A stretch of DNA of 64,000 bases from Mobula birostris (taxonomy: Eukaryota): contig NC_092373.1 in assembly GCF_030028105.1 (NCBI RefSeq), positions 178,661,556 to 178,725,555 on the forward strand, read 5' to 3'. A model generated the notes under the pieces. It ran no database searches. It had not been told where the DNA came from and saw only the letters and a program-made list of their open reading frames with translations. Positions 24,222 to 38,127 of the stretch are shown here, piece by piece (the stretch's first letter is position 1; every line of letters begins with the position of its first letter). Made by a program: the position numbers and the translations under genes.

Positions 24222-25086
24222 TGTTACGTACCCCGTAACTGGGTTGCCAAACCAGCAGAAATGGATCACTCAGTTGGAGTCTGGATTACTAGAACTAAAG
24301 AAGTTTTATTAAAGAAACAAGCAACACAATAATCAAAAGGATAATAAATGCTACAGTTCAGCAATGATAAACACACATGTGCACAGAATTAAGATAACAG
24401 GATCAATCAAGCTCCATCGTTGTCTAGGGGTAAATGACCAATTTCAAAGTGACACAAAGTCCAGTTCAATTTAGTTCAGTTCGCAGTAATCGTTGCCATG
24501 GTGATGGACAACGTGGGGGGAGGGAGAGAGAACAAGAACGAATGATCATTCGAAACGGCTTCCACACACAGACCTGCGATATTGCTCACAAGCAGCTTTC
24601 GGGCGAGTCCTTTGTGATGTCACCTGAGGTCACCGACTGTGACCCCTCCTCCAGATGCGGTCGATCCTCTGCAGTGAACCCGGCACCCAAGCAAGGGCGG
24701 ACACACACCAGGTTCCTGCTGATCGTACCTTTCCACCCTGTGCGTTTATGGCCCGGTACTTCCCACCGACTTGTGAGAGGCGCACCGCTTCCAGGGTCTC
24801 ATTACCTCGGGGTGTCGTGTGTGTGTCCCTGCCTTAGCGAACCTGTCCCTTTTTATCCCCCTGCTGGGGTATTGCCCGTCCATCACTTCAAACAGTTCAG
24901 GGTTCAAAGGGGGAGCCGATCTTGAGAATACCCAGACTGATGGCTCCTTAATTAACACCTCCAAATGCTGCTTCATTGTGTGCCTCATCTCTCCCTCCCC
25001 TGAGAACAGGTGGCAGACTAACTGCTGATGCCACTGGTGCTAGCCCAGGCCAGCAAACATCTTAATTTATGTGTATTCTCGTCACA
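24222..25086 (-). mobile_element. Solo LTR (865 bp) in TMEM129 intron 3
   Basis: TGTTACG...CGTCACA termini and a perfect 4-bp target-site duplication GACT (24218-24221, 25087-25090). On the minus strand there is a GATAAAA TATA-like box (~24850) and AATAAA (~24305). CpG-rich relative to its flanks. Confidence 0.85.
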
Positions 25087-28070
25087 GACTATCTAAATTA
25101 TTGTTTAAAAATTGCTTCACACCCCTTATCCCACTTTTTTCCATAAATTTATAATCCCTTGGAAATCTGTAATCCTTGTCATTGATTATAAGAGTTGGAA
25201 TCAGGTCAACAAAAGAAATAAAAACCGAAGTAGTCCACATAGTCATACAATTTATTAAGGTCATCCATTTTCCAGTTTGATCTGTCATATCCCTAGGTAC
25301 TCTTTTTGTCAAAAATCTATTAATTGTAGCCTTGAATGTGATAAATCCTGTCAGAACCTTTTGTCTACTTTATGAAAAGCTGTTTGGAAAATACAGATTT
25401 ACTACATCTATTAGTTTTCTATCATAAACCTTGCTGCTTGTATCCTTGAAACTCCATCAGATGCCTCATGCCCAATCACATTATGTTCTGTATTGAACAG
25501 CTTCTTATCAATAGTAGATCGCAGCATTTTCCTGAAAATGTGTCTCAAGCTAACTGGCTGCTAATTCCCTATTTTCTCTTGGCTTTGTTTTCTTATATAT
25601 CATGACTTTTTTCATAAAGAGTGGAATTTTGGAAGAGCATTCCTAATGTATTCATCATCTCTGAGGGGATTGCTTTTACAATCCTAAAGTGCTCAGATTG
25701 GAGTTGTATAGTCCAGTTCTATTCTGCACAATCATCAGGAAAAGAATATAATTGATATTATAAGAGAGTAAGTGTGTATTTTGCAGCTTGGCATGGAAGT
25801 GAATATTAAAGCTATGCTCTCAAGTTTGTAAACCCTTTCACTCTGCTTCAGATTTGAGTATAATGAAGATTAAAGGCATGTACAGATGAGGGAGGCCATT
25901 TATTAAATCTAACATGTTTCCATAGAAATTTGCAGTTTGTTTCCCATGCCCAAGCATAATCATTGCTTCCATCTGCCATTGATAAGTTGCTGTCTTCACT
26001 TTGAAAACTCTTTCAGAAATTAATCTTTCTTGGAAAGGAACATCCTGTCATTAATACTGAATTTTCTTTTATTTAGTTTGTGTTTATGTCCTGATATCTA
26101 GCAGACACAATTACAAGAAATTAAACTTGTTCCAGGTTAACGAGCCAGAATTTCACAGTTAAATAACAGCATTTGAAGTTTATAAACAAAGAAATCACAT
26201 CACAGTCTTGTGATACAAAAGAGAAACCATATGAATTGTAATTGCACAAATCATTTGGCAATTTGTGATAATAAGGCATTATTGTGATTGCTCTTGCAGA
26301 AAATTGATTCAGCATTTGTGTTTTATGAAACTTCTTCATTTCTATACTAATTGCCAATTAAACTCAATGTAATGTAATGCCTGTTCTTAATGTAAAAGCT
26401 CTTTCAATGGGGATATTTATTTTTTCGCATTGCCATTCAATATTCCAGTGGAGTCTCATTTTTGCAGGTAATGAGTTGTTCATGGAAATTTATAACCATT
26501 CAAAACAGGAACGTTTCCTCTCTTTCCCTCTGTCCAATCCCTGATTCTTTCTTTATTTTTGTATTCAACTTGGAGCCATAGAAATATTACAATAGGAAGG
26601 AATCCAGAAAGAACTACCCTTCCTAACCCAATCCTCAAGTACACACTTGACTCTGATTCATTTTCCCACAGTCCATAAAAACTGACATTCACCAAGATCC
26701 CAGTAGCATTGTTACTCTCTTTATTGGCTTGTGCTTCATGGAATTTCTAACATGAAAATTTGTGCTGAAAGAGGAGGTGAATTACTTCCTTTGTCACAGA
26801 TGTGGAGGTTGATCACTTTGATTGCTTTAGGATTAAAATGACTACTGAATTGTGTTTGACCATGAAGTACAACCATACATTGGCTATCTGTATTCAGTCA
26901 TGTGAAATCCAGCACAAATCTGTCAGCTCAGAATCAGATTTACTATCGCTCATATGACATGAAATTTGTTGTTTTGCAGTAGCAGTACAGTGCAGAGACA
27001 TAAAATTACTCTAAATTGCAAAAGTAATAGTGCAAAAAAAAGAAATAACAAGGTAGTAAATCATAAGCACAACAAATTCTGCAGCTGCTGGCAATCTTGA
27101 GCAATGCACACAAGATGCTTGAGGAAATCAGCAAGTCAGGCAGCATCCATGGAGGGGAATAAAGAGTCAACATTTTCAGCTGAGACACTTCATCAAGACT
27201 AGAAAAAAAGAAGGAAGAAGCCAGAATAAGAAGGGGGGAGGGGGAGTGGGAAGGAGTATAAGCTGGCAGGTAATGTGTGAATCCAGGTGAGGGGGAAGGT
27301 TGGTGGGGAGGGCAGTATGTCTTTAGAAGATTTGGATTTCTTTTGGGGAAATTGGACTAGAAAAATGGTAAGTACTTCATCTGAGTAAAAGGAATCAGTA
27401 AATTGTTGTGCTGTAATGAGCAATCCATGTACCAGCCCCAGAAGAAACCAAAATGGATAATATTGGGGAAAATCAAAGAATTGATCATTTGTTTTGTGAA
27501 TGAGCTGTCAAACCTCTTGAACTGGGCATAAAAGAGCCATGGAAGTGTTTGAAGGAGAGGAGGAGTATTTAAAAGAAACACATTAAAGCCAACACCTTCC
27601 AGTAGATTTCAAATTAGCGTCCATGGGAATGTGGTGTGACCAAGTTCTGTGTTGCATTACAGATCATATTCCACTTCAAAATAGGAATCTATTCCTGTTT
27701 ATCACTTGTGAAAACTGTTATAACAGAAGCTATGTGAATAGAAAGTTGTTTTATTGCTTAAAAAAAGGATAGGTTTTCAGATTTCATTAACAAAAGATAG
27801 AATATAAATTTAAGTCATAGCTTACGTGACAATAATTCAATTCCACAATGGTGCTGTCACTGTTTCATCAAATCAAAAATAACATTGATCTTGAAGACAT
27901 AGTTATACTGGTAAGTAGGGCAGAGTTGGTAATATTGTTTGAAGAATTGTATAATACCAAGAACTTTGTAAGTTAACTGAATCACAATTGTTCTCCAAGA
28001 ATCTTTTAGAGGTGGCTGATAGAGATATTATCTAATTTTCTTTTAACTGCACACTGTTTCTTTAAAACAG

Positions 28071-28319
28071 GAACTGGAGCCATGCATTGGCTGCATGCAG
28101 ACAGCTGCTAATATCAAACTTGTCAAAGTCTGTATGGACCCAAATGAGGGTGAATGTCAACAGTGCTACTGTCGTCCTATGTGGTGTCTGACCTGCATGG
28201 GGAAATGGTTTGCCAGCCGCCAAGATCAGCAGCATCCAGAAACGTGGCTTTCAAATCGGGTGCCTTGCCCTACTTGTCGATCAAAGTTCTGCATTCTTGA
28301 TATCTCTGTTGTTAGCTAA
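28071..28319 (+). CDS. TMEM129: TMEM129 coding exon 4 (C-terminal Cys-rich RING domain, stop)
   Basis: ELEPCIGCMQ...CQQCYCRPMWCLTCMGKWFASRQD...PCPTCRSKFCILD. The four exons sum to 1086 nt, i.e. 361 aa plus stop, with no frame break. Confidence 0.96.
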   Translation, partial: ELEPCIGCMQTAANIKLVKVCMDPNEGECQQCYCRPMWCLTCMGKWFASRQDQQHPETWLSNRVPCPTCRSKFCILDISVVS

Positions 28320-28567
28320 AAATTACTCATTAGCCTAGTTGTCTGTTTACACGCAAAATTTCATTTCTGGCCTTGTGCATTCTGGTACTGTAATAACAAC
28401 CAATTTTCTTGTTAGATGTTTTGAATGCCTCTGAAACTTTCATTATTCACTTGTTTAAAATTTTGACCCAAGGATTTGTGAGTTGCTGCCTCAAAATCCA
28501 ACAAACTCTGGAGAAGTTTCTGTAACAAAATTCCTGAGGTATTAATTCTCTTTTTTACTCCATTACA

Positions 28568-29345
28568 GAGTGGCGCTGTGCTGCAGCAGTTAGTGTTGAT
28601 GCCTCATTGCCTTGGAGATGCATGCTCAGTTTTGGCTTCGGCTGCCATCTGTATGAACTTTCACATTCTCCCTGTCATTCCATGAAGTTGTTCCAGGTTC
28701 ACCAGTTTTCTTATATATCCCAAAGAAGTGGCTACTGTAAATTGCCACCTTAAAGAATTAAGGGAATAGTTTTTATATCTGAAAGAGAATCTGTTGCAGG
28801 GGTACTGGGAAGTAAGGTGAGTGGATTGAGGTTGATAGAATCGTTCTGGATGGTGGTATAGATTTGATGGGCCAAGTGGCTTTCTTCTCTGATGTAATTA
28901 GCAGGTTAAATTTACTACACCTAAACTGAAACCTGTGTCTGCATCTGGTGGGAAGGTTAAAATCTAATGGCTTTTGTCACAGAAGCAGTCAGATCAAGAA
29001 TTCACTATAATGGGGTGGGGAGGGGGTGGTCACAGCTAGTAGAATTACTGCCCCACAGTGCTGGGTTCAATCCTGGCCCAAGATGCTGTCCGTGTGGAGT
29101 TCGCACACTCTCCCTGTGACTACATGAGTTTCCTCCCACGTTCCCAAAGGATGTGCAGGTTGGTAAGTTAATTGGCCATTGTAAAATACCTCTTGTGTTC
29201 AAGTGAATGAGAAATCTGGGAGGAGATGATTAGAAGATACAGAGAATAAAATTTTAATTAAAAAGGGATTGGCATAAGTGGATGGACAATGGTCACTAAA
29301 GTTTGGCTTGTTGGGCTGAGTGTCTGTTTCTGTGTTGTGTGACTG
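28568..29345 (+). mobile_element. Two tandem-oriented V-SINE copies downstream of the TMEM129 stop codon
   Basis: gggttcaatcctggccc...gtgtggagttcgcacactctccctgtgac (29063-29120) and a homologous copy at 28568-28900. Confidence 0.65.
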
Positions 29346-30289
29346 GATGACAATAATTGAAGTTTTCGAAGTTATTTTAAATTACTTGAACTGTTTCTGA
29401 ACTTCAGACTTGTACATTTTATATAATTCTAAACTGCCTTTTAGCTTTATACTTCAGAGGCAATTATTACATATTTTTATATCTGCAGTTGCCACATTAT
29501 CACTACAAATTACATGATTACTGCAGAAAAAAACACAATTATGGGTAGTAAATACCTATGAGAGAATTGAGATGTATTTTTTTAAACACAGTTCTCCTTT
29601 ATTGACGATTGCTGAATCCTGTTACTATTATGGTGATGGGATTTTCTGATTTCCTACAGGAAAATGTTATTAGTCATTGTATTTTCTGGGACAGGGTGTT
29701 CTTCAACTGCACTTTGCTAGTTCCCTGAATAACAGAGATATTAGGAAGCTTGGATTTATTACCTAATGGAGATTCTGGTAATGGACCTTATTGAAGTACA
29801 GTAGTCTGTATGATGATGATGCTTCCACAATTCCTCCAGCAGAGGGAGGAAAATGGTGCAACTCTCTCTAGCTTGTTTAACAATAAATGCAAAGAATAGT
29901 GTGGTGTAATTTCATTTTAAATCCTTGTAGATAAACAGATGACACATTATCTTCATTCACATGAAACGATGATTTAACACAATTCTTAAACCCTGAAATC
30001 ATCAGTAAAGCCCAATATAATCCTTTCCATTTGGTAGTAACAAAAATGTGCATTTTGATTAAACTAAGCAGCATTTGAAAATTGTCATGCTGATGGGGTT
30101 TTCTCTAGGAATAGATCTAAACTCTTGCTGGCCTTGCTCTTTGTTCAATGAAAGGGGAAACCAATACATTAGCGAAGAAGATTCTTAGTTCTGAGAACAT
30201 TGATGTGGAATTTTCATGATTGGAGTTAAGGAACAGTAGTATCTTGACTACCAATAGTAGGGATGGCAGTAAACAGGAAATCAGATGCA

Positions 30290-31570
30290 TAAAATAAGGG
30301 CACAACTCTAATCAAAGGGTAACTGATGTACAGATAGGTCAAGCAAATCGAATTAGAAATAATAATGTAGAGGAGGAATTTCTGGAGTGTATGCAGGGTT
30401 GATACCAGTATGTTCTGGAGACAGGCTGTCCTATTTTGGGTGCAGTGTAATCAGAAAGGATTACTAAACAATCGTGGGGGAAAAGAATAATCCTTCTGAT
30501 CGTAACTAATTCTTCATTAAGATGGAAAGTTAGAGAGTTGATTTTGAAATGTGGGTCCTGAATCAAAATAAACAATAATACTATCGAGCCAGAGTTGGAA
30601 ACCTATAGGTATGGCAGTGGATGGTCAAAAGCATATCTTTCATTTTAATGAGAGTATGAATTAATGATAACAGTCATTCATTCCTGTCTGATGCAAAACT
30701 AAAACAGAAAAGTTGACTCATCTATGGATTTCAACATCTGTGAGGGTTACTATCAAATTTCTGGGGGGAAAGTAGAGAAAAAAGCCAGTTAAAGTGGAAA
30801 CCGGAGGATTTGGAGCTGATTAAGGAGAACAAAGGGGTTGATACAGAAAAGGAAAACAGAGTGTGTGCACGACCTAGAGAGCACAAACTAATTGTAAAGG
30901 CCTCGGTAGATAAACAAGGACAAATGTAGGCCACTACAGTCAGGAACGGAAGAAAAAAGATGGCAAGCCAATTACATTCATAGTTTGGAAACAATTAATC
31001 TTACAGAAACATAGCGTTGAGTAAGAGGGAGGAACTAAATAAAATAAATATCACAAGGGAAATAATTTGGGGGAAATTGGAGGGATTAAATCCGCAGGGG
31101 CTGATGGTCTGCATCTCATAGCATTTCAGGAACTAGACCTAGAGATAATGAAATGCTTTGATCATCTGGAGCTTTTGCAGTGGATTGGAGGATAGATAAC
31201 CTGACTATTTTAAAAAGAGGTAGACAGAGAAAAGAGGGAAGCTAGAGACCAGTTATCTTAGAGATCAATAATAGGCAAATTGCAAGAGTCCATTATAAAT
31301 GATATAATAGCCTGGGACTTGGAGAAGAGAGATATGATCTGACAAAGTTAACATTGGTTAAAGGAAAATTATACTAGACAATTCAACTGGAATTTTTTTA
31401 ATGAGCTTTATTTCAACTTTAAGAAACTTTTTGATAAAGTTCACATGTAAAAGATATAAGAGGTTAATATATGAAATTAAACCACTTGGGATTGAGAGCA
31501 AAGTGTTGACGAATAGAGAACTGGCTGTCTGAAAAGAAACAGAAATGGGTCCTTTTTTCCCCAAGTTGGC
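30290..31570 (+). mobile_element. Highly decayed CR1 LINE
   Basis: EEEFLEC, GxDGLH, LFKKR, YRPVxL and FDKV remnants. Confidence 0.6.
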
Positions 31571-33298
31571 AGATAGTGTCTTGTGGGTTACCAATGCTGG
31601 GACCAATCTGATTCTTAAACAGGCCACAGTTTGCCCATCAAGCATAATACTTGTCATGGAATATTGTGTGTCCATCTATTCTATTTATGAAATCCAATTA
31701 ATATGCATACATTCTAGTGTAATTTATAATGCTGCCACCTTGAGATTCTTGAGTGTTTTAAAGTTTGGTGCTTTATAATGTTCTCTAATATGAAGTGTCC
31801 CATATGCTGATCTTGTGATATGCATAACTAATGATGCTCTTATTCAAACACTTTGATTTGGGCATCTTTGGGGCCAGCATTTATTAACCATTGCTCTCTC
31901 CCCTTGAAAGTGAAGGCGAGTAACATTCTAGAATTGTTGCACTATGGAAATGTAATCTCATTTGTTGTGTTGAGTTCCAAGATTTTAAACCAGCCATGAG
32001 AAAGAATTGGTGAGTCAGGATGGAGTGTGATTTGACACGGTACTTGCTATTGGCATTGTTGCTGTGCTCCTGCTATCCTTTGAGTCACAGCTTTGGAATA
32101 TGCGTGGTAGATAATGTAGTTGTATTGAAGGTGGAAGAAGTGAGTATTTGAAGTGGAGTGCATAATGCTAATTAAGCAATGTCCTGAATATCTATTGATC
32201 AAAAGTGTAAGGAGCAGATCATAAATTGATATTGTAAGCAACACTATAGTTAGATTGATTCCTGTTGTCAAAACATTTAGAATTGAAAGGGATAGGTCAT
32301 GGTTTTTTTTTATGCCAGACCATTACCTTTCAATAATGGAAACTAGATACTGCATTTTAAAGCTCAGAATATCTTTCATGCAGACAAAATTACCAGTCAT
32401 TTATATCCATCTTCATAGATGGGTTTCTTCTAATTAGTGAATCCCAATATAAATACTCTATCTGTTTGAACATGCTGGTACGTTATAATTAAGTCTGTTA
32501 CCAAAGTTTTTGAAATATACATAACTAGTTCAAATTAATTATTTATTCATTTGCAATGGATTGCTTACAAACTTAAAATAATACGTCTTTCATCTTATAT
32601 GTCACTTTTTTGATGAGTAAATTAGCTTTCAGCACACTGATGAATTTACTTATTCCCCTCCCCCCCAAGAGGAATGTAACTAATTATTGTGCAACTAATT
32701 ATATTCACTTTCTTTTCCCACCACTTATGATATTTCTGGATTATGTGTGACTGTTTGGGCATATTGAATTTTGCCCTTTTCACTCTTTGGTGATCTTTAA
32801 TCCATTCTTCAATATACATACTGAAATTCTTTTTCTTCACAAACATCCAGGAAAACAGAGGAGTGCCCCAAAGAATGAATGACAGTTAAATGTTAGAACC
32901 CTAAAGCACCCCCCCCAACTCCCCCTTCCCACGCAAAAGCAGCAGCAAAGCACATCGTGAACTTGGTATGTACTGGATGGCTTCCACAAAATAGTTATTA
33001 TCTTGCAGTTCGTAACCTGCAAATGCCAAATTCTAGTACATTTAAATACTAAATAGGGTCAGGTTAAAGTACATAAATGGATTTTGTAGCCTGGGAGATG
33101 GTGGAAAGCTATAGTGGAAACAAATGTGTTGCACTTGGGAGATATAACATCAAAATGTGAAAAGGAATGGAAAACGTGGAGGAACCAAAAGCTATGGATC
33201 CCTTTAGATGGCAGAGCGTGTAGGTTAGGTAGCTAAGAAGAAATGGAATGTTAGTTGAGTCATATAATAAAGCAGAAAGATGTCATCACAGCTATATA

Positions 33299-33919
33299 CA
33301 CTCAGAGGTCCTGTTAGGCGCAGGAGTGAAGCCCCAGTGTGGTCTGCTGCTGCTGAAGTCTATCCACTTCAAGGTTTGACATATGCGTTCACAGATGCTC
33401 TCTGCATACCGCTATTATAATGTGTGGTTACTTGAGTTGCTGTTGTCTTCCTGTCAGCTTGAAAAAGTCTGGGTATTCTCTGACCTCTCTCATTAACAAG
33501 GTATTTTTGCCCACAGAACTGGCGCTCACTGGATGCTTTTTTATTGCTTTTTGCACCATTCTCTGTAAACTGTAGAGCACGGGTTCCTACCCTGGGGTCC
33601 AGGGACCCCTCAGTTAACAGTAGTGGTCCATGGCATAAAAAAGGTTGGTAACCTCTGCTCAAGAGACTGTTGTGTGTGAAAATCCTAGGAGATTAGCAGA
33701 TTCTGTGATTCTCAGACCACCCTGTCTGGTACCAGCAATCATTCCACAGTCAAAGTCACTTAGATCACACTTCTTCCCCATTTTGATGTTTGGTCTGAAC
33801 AACAACTGAACCACTTGACTATGTCTACATATTTTTATGCCTTGAGTTGCTGCCACATCACTGGCTGATTAGATATTTGCATTAATGAGCAGGTGTACCT
33901 AATTAAATGGCCACTGAAT
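33299..33919 (-). mobile_element. Non-autonomous Tc1-like element, copy 1
   Basis: Termini cactcag.../...ggccactga. The minus strand encodes the paired-like HTH MGKKCDLSDFDCGMIAG...LLGFSHTTVS. Homologous to copies at 41849 and 59672. Confidence 0.8.
33578..33657. mobile_element. 80-bp hAT/Charlie-like MITE nested in the Tc1-like element
   Basis: Degenerate CAGGGGTTCCCAAC-type inverted termini and an 8-bp duplication ctgtagag/ctcaagag. The empty site is seen in the paralogous copy near 59970. Confidence 0.75.
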
Positions 33920-33971
33920 TCATTAGTTACCCCACACCTAGTGCATCGTGTACACTTGTGGCCAGTACATT

Positions 33972-35500
33972 ATAGAACATAGAATAGTACAGCACAGTAC
34001 AGGCCTTTCGGCCCACAATGTTGTGCCGACCCTCAAACCCTGCCTCCCATATAAGCCCCCACCTTAAATTCCTCCATATACCTGTCTAGTAGTCTCTTAA
34101 ACTTCACTAGTGTATCTGCCTCCACCACTGACTCAGGCAGTGCATTCCACACACCAACTACTCTCTGAGTAAAAAAACCTTCCTCTAATATCCCCTTTGA
34201 ACTTCCCACCCCTTATCTTAAAGCCATGTCCTCTTGTACTGAGCAGTGGAGCCCTGGGGAAGAGGCGCTGGCTATCCACTCTATCTATTCCTCTTATTAT
34301 CTTGTACACCTCTATCATGTCTCCTCTCATCCTCCTTCTCTCCAAAGAGTAAAGCCCTAGCTCCCTTAATCTCTGATCATAATGCATACTTTCTAAACCA
34401 GACAGCATCCTGGTAAATCTCCTCTGTACCCTTTCCAATGCTTCCACATCCTTCCTATAGTGAGGTGACCAGAACTGGACACAGTACTCCAAGTGTGGCT
34501 GACCAGAATTTCATAGAGCTGCATCATTACATCGCGACTCTTAAACTCTATCCCTCGACTTATGAAAGCTAACAAACACCCCATAAGCTTTGTTAACTAC
34601 CCTATCCACCTGTTAGGCAACTTTCAGGGATCTGTGGACATGTACCCCGAGATCCCTCTGCTCTTCCACACTACCAAGTATCCTGCCATTTACTTTGTAC
34701 TCTGCCTTGGAGTTTTCCCTTCCAAAGTGTACCACCTCACACTTCTCTGGGTTGAACTCCATCTGCCACTTCTCAGCCCACTTCTGCATCCTATCAATGT
34801 CTCTCTGCAATCTTTGACAATCCTCTACACTATCTACAACACCACCAACCTTTGTGTCGTCTGCAAACTTGCCAACCCACCCTTCTACCCCCATATCCAG
34901 GTCGTTAATAAAAATCACGAAAAGTAGAGGTCCCAGAACAGATCCTTGTGGGACACCACTAGTCACAATCCTCCAATCTGAATGTACTCCCTCCACCACC
35001 ACCCTCTGCCTTCTGCAGGCAAGCCAACTCTGAATCCACCTGGCCAAACTTCCCTGGATCCCATGCCTTCTAACTTTCTGAATAAGCCTACCGTGTGGAA
35101 CCTTGTCAAATGCCTTACTAAAATCCATATAGATCACATCCACAGCACTACCCTCATCTATATGCCTGGTCACCACCTCAAAGAACTCTGTCAGGCTTGT
35201 TAGACACGATCTACCCTTCACAAAGCCATGCTGACTGTCCCTGATCAGACCATGATTCTCTAAATGCCTATAGATCCTATCTCTAAGAATCTTTTCCAAC
35301 AACTTTCCCACCACAGACGTAAGACTCACTGGTCTATAATTACCCGGACTATCCCTACTACCTTTTTTGAACAAGGGGACAACATTCGCCTCCCTCCAAT
35401 CCTCCTGTACCATTCCAGTGGACAACGAGGACATAAAGATCCTAACCAGAGGCTCAGCAATCTCTTCTCTCGCCTCGTGGAGCAGCCTGGGGAATATTCC
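33972..35500 (-). mobile_element. CR1 LINE, best-preserved copy (273-aa RT ORF 34613..35434)
   Basis: NYRPVSLTSVVGK, QHGFVKGRSCLT, DFSKAFDKVPH, GVPQGSVLGPLLF and KFADDTK; frameshifted 3' of the RT; ttctat-type tail. Confidence 0.95.
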
Positions 35501-37125
35501 GTGATAGCATTACGAAGGGCTCAGAACAAATTAACAAGGATCATCAGGAATAATGATTTTAAACTGAGTTAAGGTTTGGTTGAAGTTTATAAAATTATGA
35601 GAGCCCTAGAGAGTGTGAATAAGAAAGATTTTTTCTTTATTTGTGTGCTCAGTAGCCTTGCCTGATACCAGTATCCCAAAACAGACACTATTCTGTAAAG
35701 CATACACAAACTGCTGGAGGAACAAAGCAGGTCAGACAGCATCAATGGAGGGGAACAATTTCTTCAATCCCACCAAATATCACAACATTTTTGGCATAAG
35801 CTGTCGATTCCAATTCTAGTTTCTGCAATAAAAACACACATAGAAAATAAAGGCGTGGATTATTTGCACATTAATACCCCTTTGAGATCCTTACTCCTGC
35901 CTTGTCTTAGCACCCAAAGCCCATAGTAACTTGTGAATTCTGATCATCCCAGTTGTCTAACATGGTATTCAAGACTGTATCAAGTATAATTAGCCTCATG
36001 GTCTTTTTTAGCACAACACTACAGAGCCACAGAGTAATACATCATGGAAACAGGCCCTTTAGCTCAACGCATCCATGCCAAACAAGATGCCCATCCAAGC
36101 TCGTTCCATTATGAAATATAATAAATATTTGACTTGGGCATTGCAAAATAGGATGACACATTGAACTACTTTGATTAAATTAAAGTCTGCCAAAACTTGA
36201 ACAGACAAAATAGGTAACAGTGTGCACATCTTAATTAATTTCAAAGAGCTGGGAAGATAAGACATTGAGAAGCTGTGAGAGCAATTTTTAGAAATATTTA
36301 GATTTAGAGACGTCCAGCATGCTAACAAGCCTAACAAACCAGTGCCACTCAATTAGACCCATGTGACCAATTACCTACTAACCCATACAATTTTGGAACA
36401 TGGGAGGAAACTAGAGCACACAGAAGAAACCCATGTGATCATGGGAAAGCATAGAAACTCCTTACAAGGACTGACTCCTTACAAATGTTCTGTCCTCAGT
36501 GCAGAATGCCTTTCCAAGGGATGGGACTTCCCCCTAAAATGACGGGAATTCATACTTAGTGGCCGGGTCTCTGACTCTGAGTAATGTTACTTTCCTGCAA
36601 AAATGAAAACTTCATAAAGAAGCTGCACTTCTTTCAACATTAATTTCCTAGTTGGTATTAGCACAGCAGAAATACTACAGGAAGGTTATGTCCTGTGAGA
36701 TTGTGTGAAGGTCGAAACACAATGTAAGATGGAAGTGTGCAGAAGACCATGGTAGAATTGTAGCCCACTATATTTGATAGAAAGGAGGGTGAGAGCACTG
36801 ATATCTTCATTGCCCTCACCAGGTGGTTCAACCTTTCGCTGGGACTATGCTAGCATCCTAGAGGATACCTGTTAACAGGTTCTACCTATCTACATGATTC
36901 ATGCCACTGCTACTGTTTGCAATTTGTATCAAAATATTTTGTTGGCAGATATATTTTCCTGACAGACATGCTAGGTCAATTGGAAAAATTGAAGCTGCTT
37001 GAATGGTGAAAGTCAGATAGCGCAAGTTTTAGATATAGGATTACAAACAGGAGAAAATCTACAGAACATTCACAAAATACTGAAGGAACTCAGCAGGTCA
37101 GGCAGCATCTATGGAAAAGAGTAAA

Positions 37126-37160
37126 CAGTCAACATTTCAGGCAGAGACCCTTCATCAGGA
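37126..37160 (-). ncRNA. Hammerhead ribozyme-like motif in a solo Penelope terminus (decayed)
   Basis: The minus strand reads TC CTGATGA AGGGTCTCTGCCT GAAA TGTT GACTG. Confidence 0.45.
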
Positions 37161-38127
37161 TTATCCACACTGATGTAATTCTAGTGAATGTCTTGGAGAA
37201 GTTCTGTTCATTCTTTATTTGTTAGTCTTAAAGCAATGATTAACATCACCAGCACTTAATGTTCAATGTCCATCTCTGCCTTTAAGAAGTTTGTATGTTC
37301 TCCCAGTGACTGTGTAGGTTTCCTCCAGGTGCTCTGTTTTCCTTCTACGTTCCTAAGGCTATATGGGTGAAGGTTAGCAAGTTGCAGGGATTTTCACTGG
37401 ATGACCAGTCCCTATACACCTCCACCCCCATCAGAAGGGCCTTAAAGCTCTTTGCTTATTTCTGGACAACATACACAACCAGTTCTCTTCTGCCACCACT
37501 CTCCTCCATCTGATGGAACTGGCCCTCACCCTCAATAATTTTTCCTTTGGCTCCTTCCACTTCCTTCAAATCGAAGGTGTAGCCATGGGTCCCAGCAATG
37601 CCTTCCTTTTCATCAGCTACATGGAACAATTCATGTTCCAAGCCTACACCAGCATCGCTCCCCAACTCTTCCTATGCTACATTGATGACTGCATTAGTGC
37701 TGTTTCCTGCACCCATGCTGAGAACATCGATTTCATCAACTTTCCCTCCAACTTCCTCCCTGCCCTCAAATTTACTTAGTCCATTTTTGACACTTCCCTT
37801 CCCTTTCTTGATCTCTCTGTTTTCATCACTGGAGACAGTCTATCTACTGATATCTTTTACAAACCCACTGATTCTCACAGCTACCTAGACTATACCGCTT
37901 CCCAACCTGTCACTTGTAAAAGTGCCATCCCCTTCTCTCAGTTCATTCGTCTCCGCTACGTCTGGTCTCACGATGAGGCTTTTCATTCCAGAACAACTAA
38001 GACATCCTCCTTCTTCAAGAAAGGGACTTCCCTTCCTCTACTATCAGTGCTACCCTCCCCCACATCTCTAACATTTCACGCACATCTGCACTCTCCCTAT
38101 CCTTCTGCCGCCACACCAGGAATAGGG

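Noticed and set aside
24434-25028. 163-aa and neighbouring ORFs
   Set aside because: They lie wholly within the solo LTR and have no gag/pol/env motifs.
34613-35434. 273-aa reverse transcriptase ORF as a functional or domesticated gene
   Set aside because: A 5'-truncated CR1 copy lacking the endonuclease and frameshifted downstream; an ordinary young insertion.
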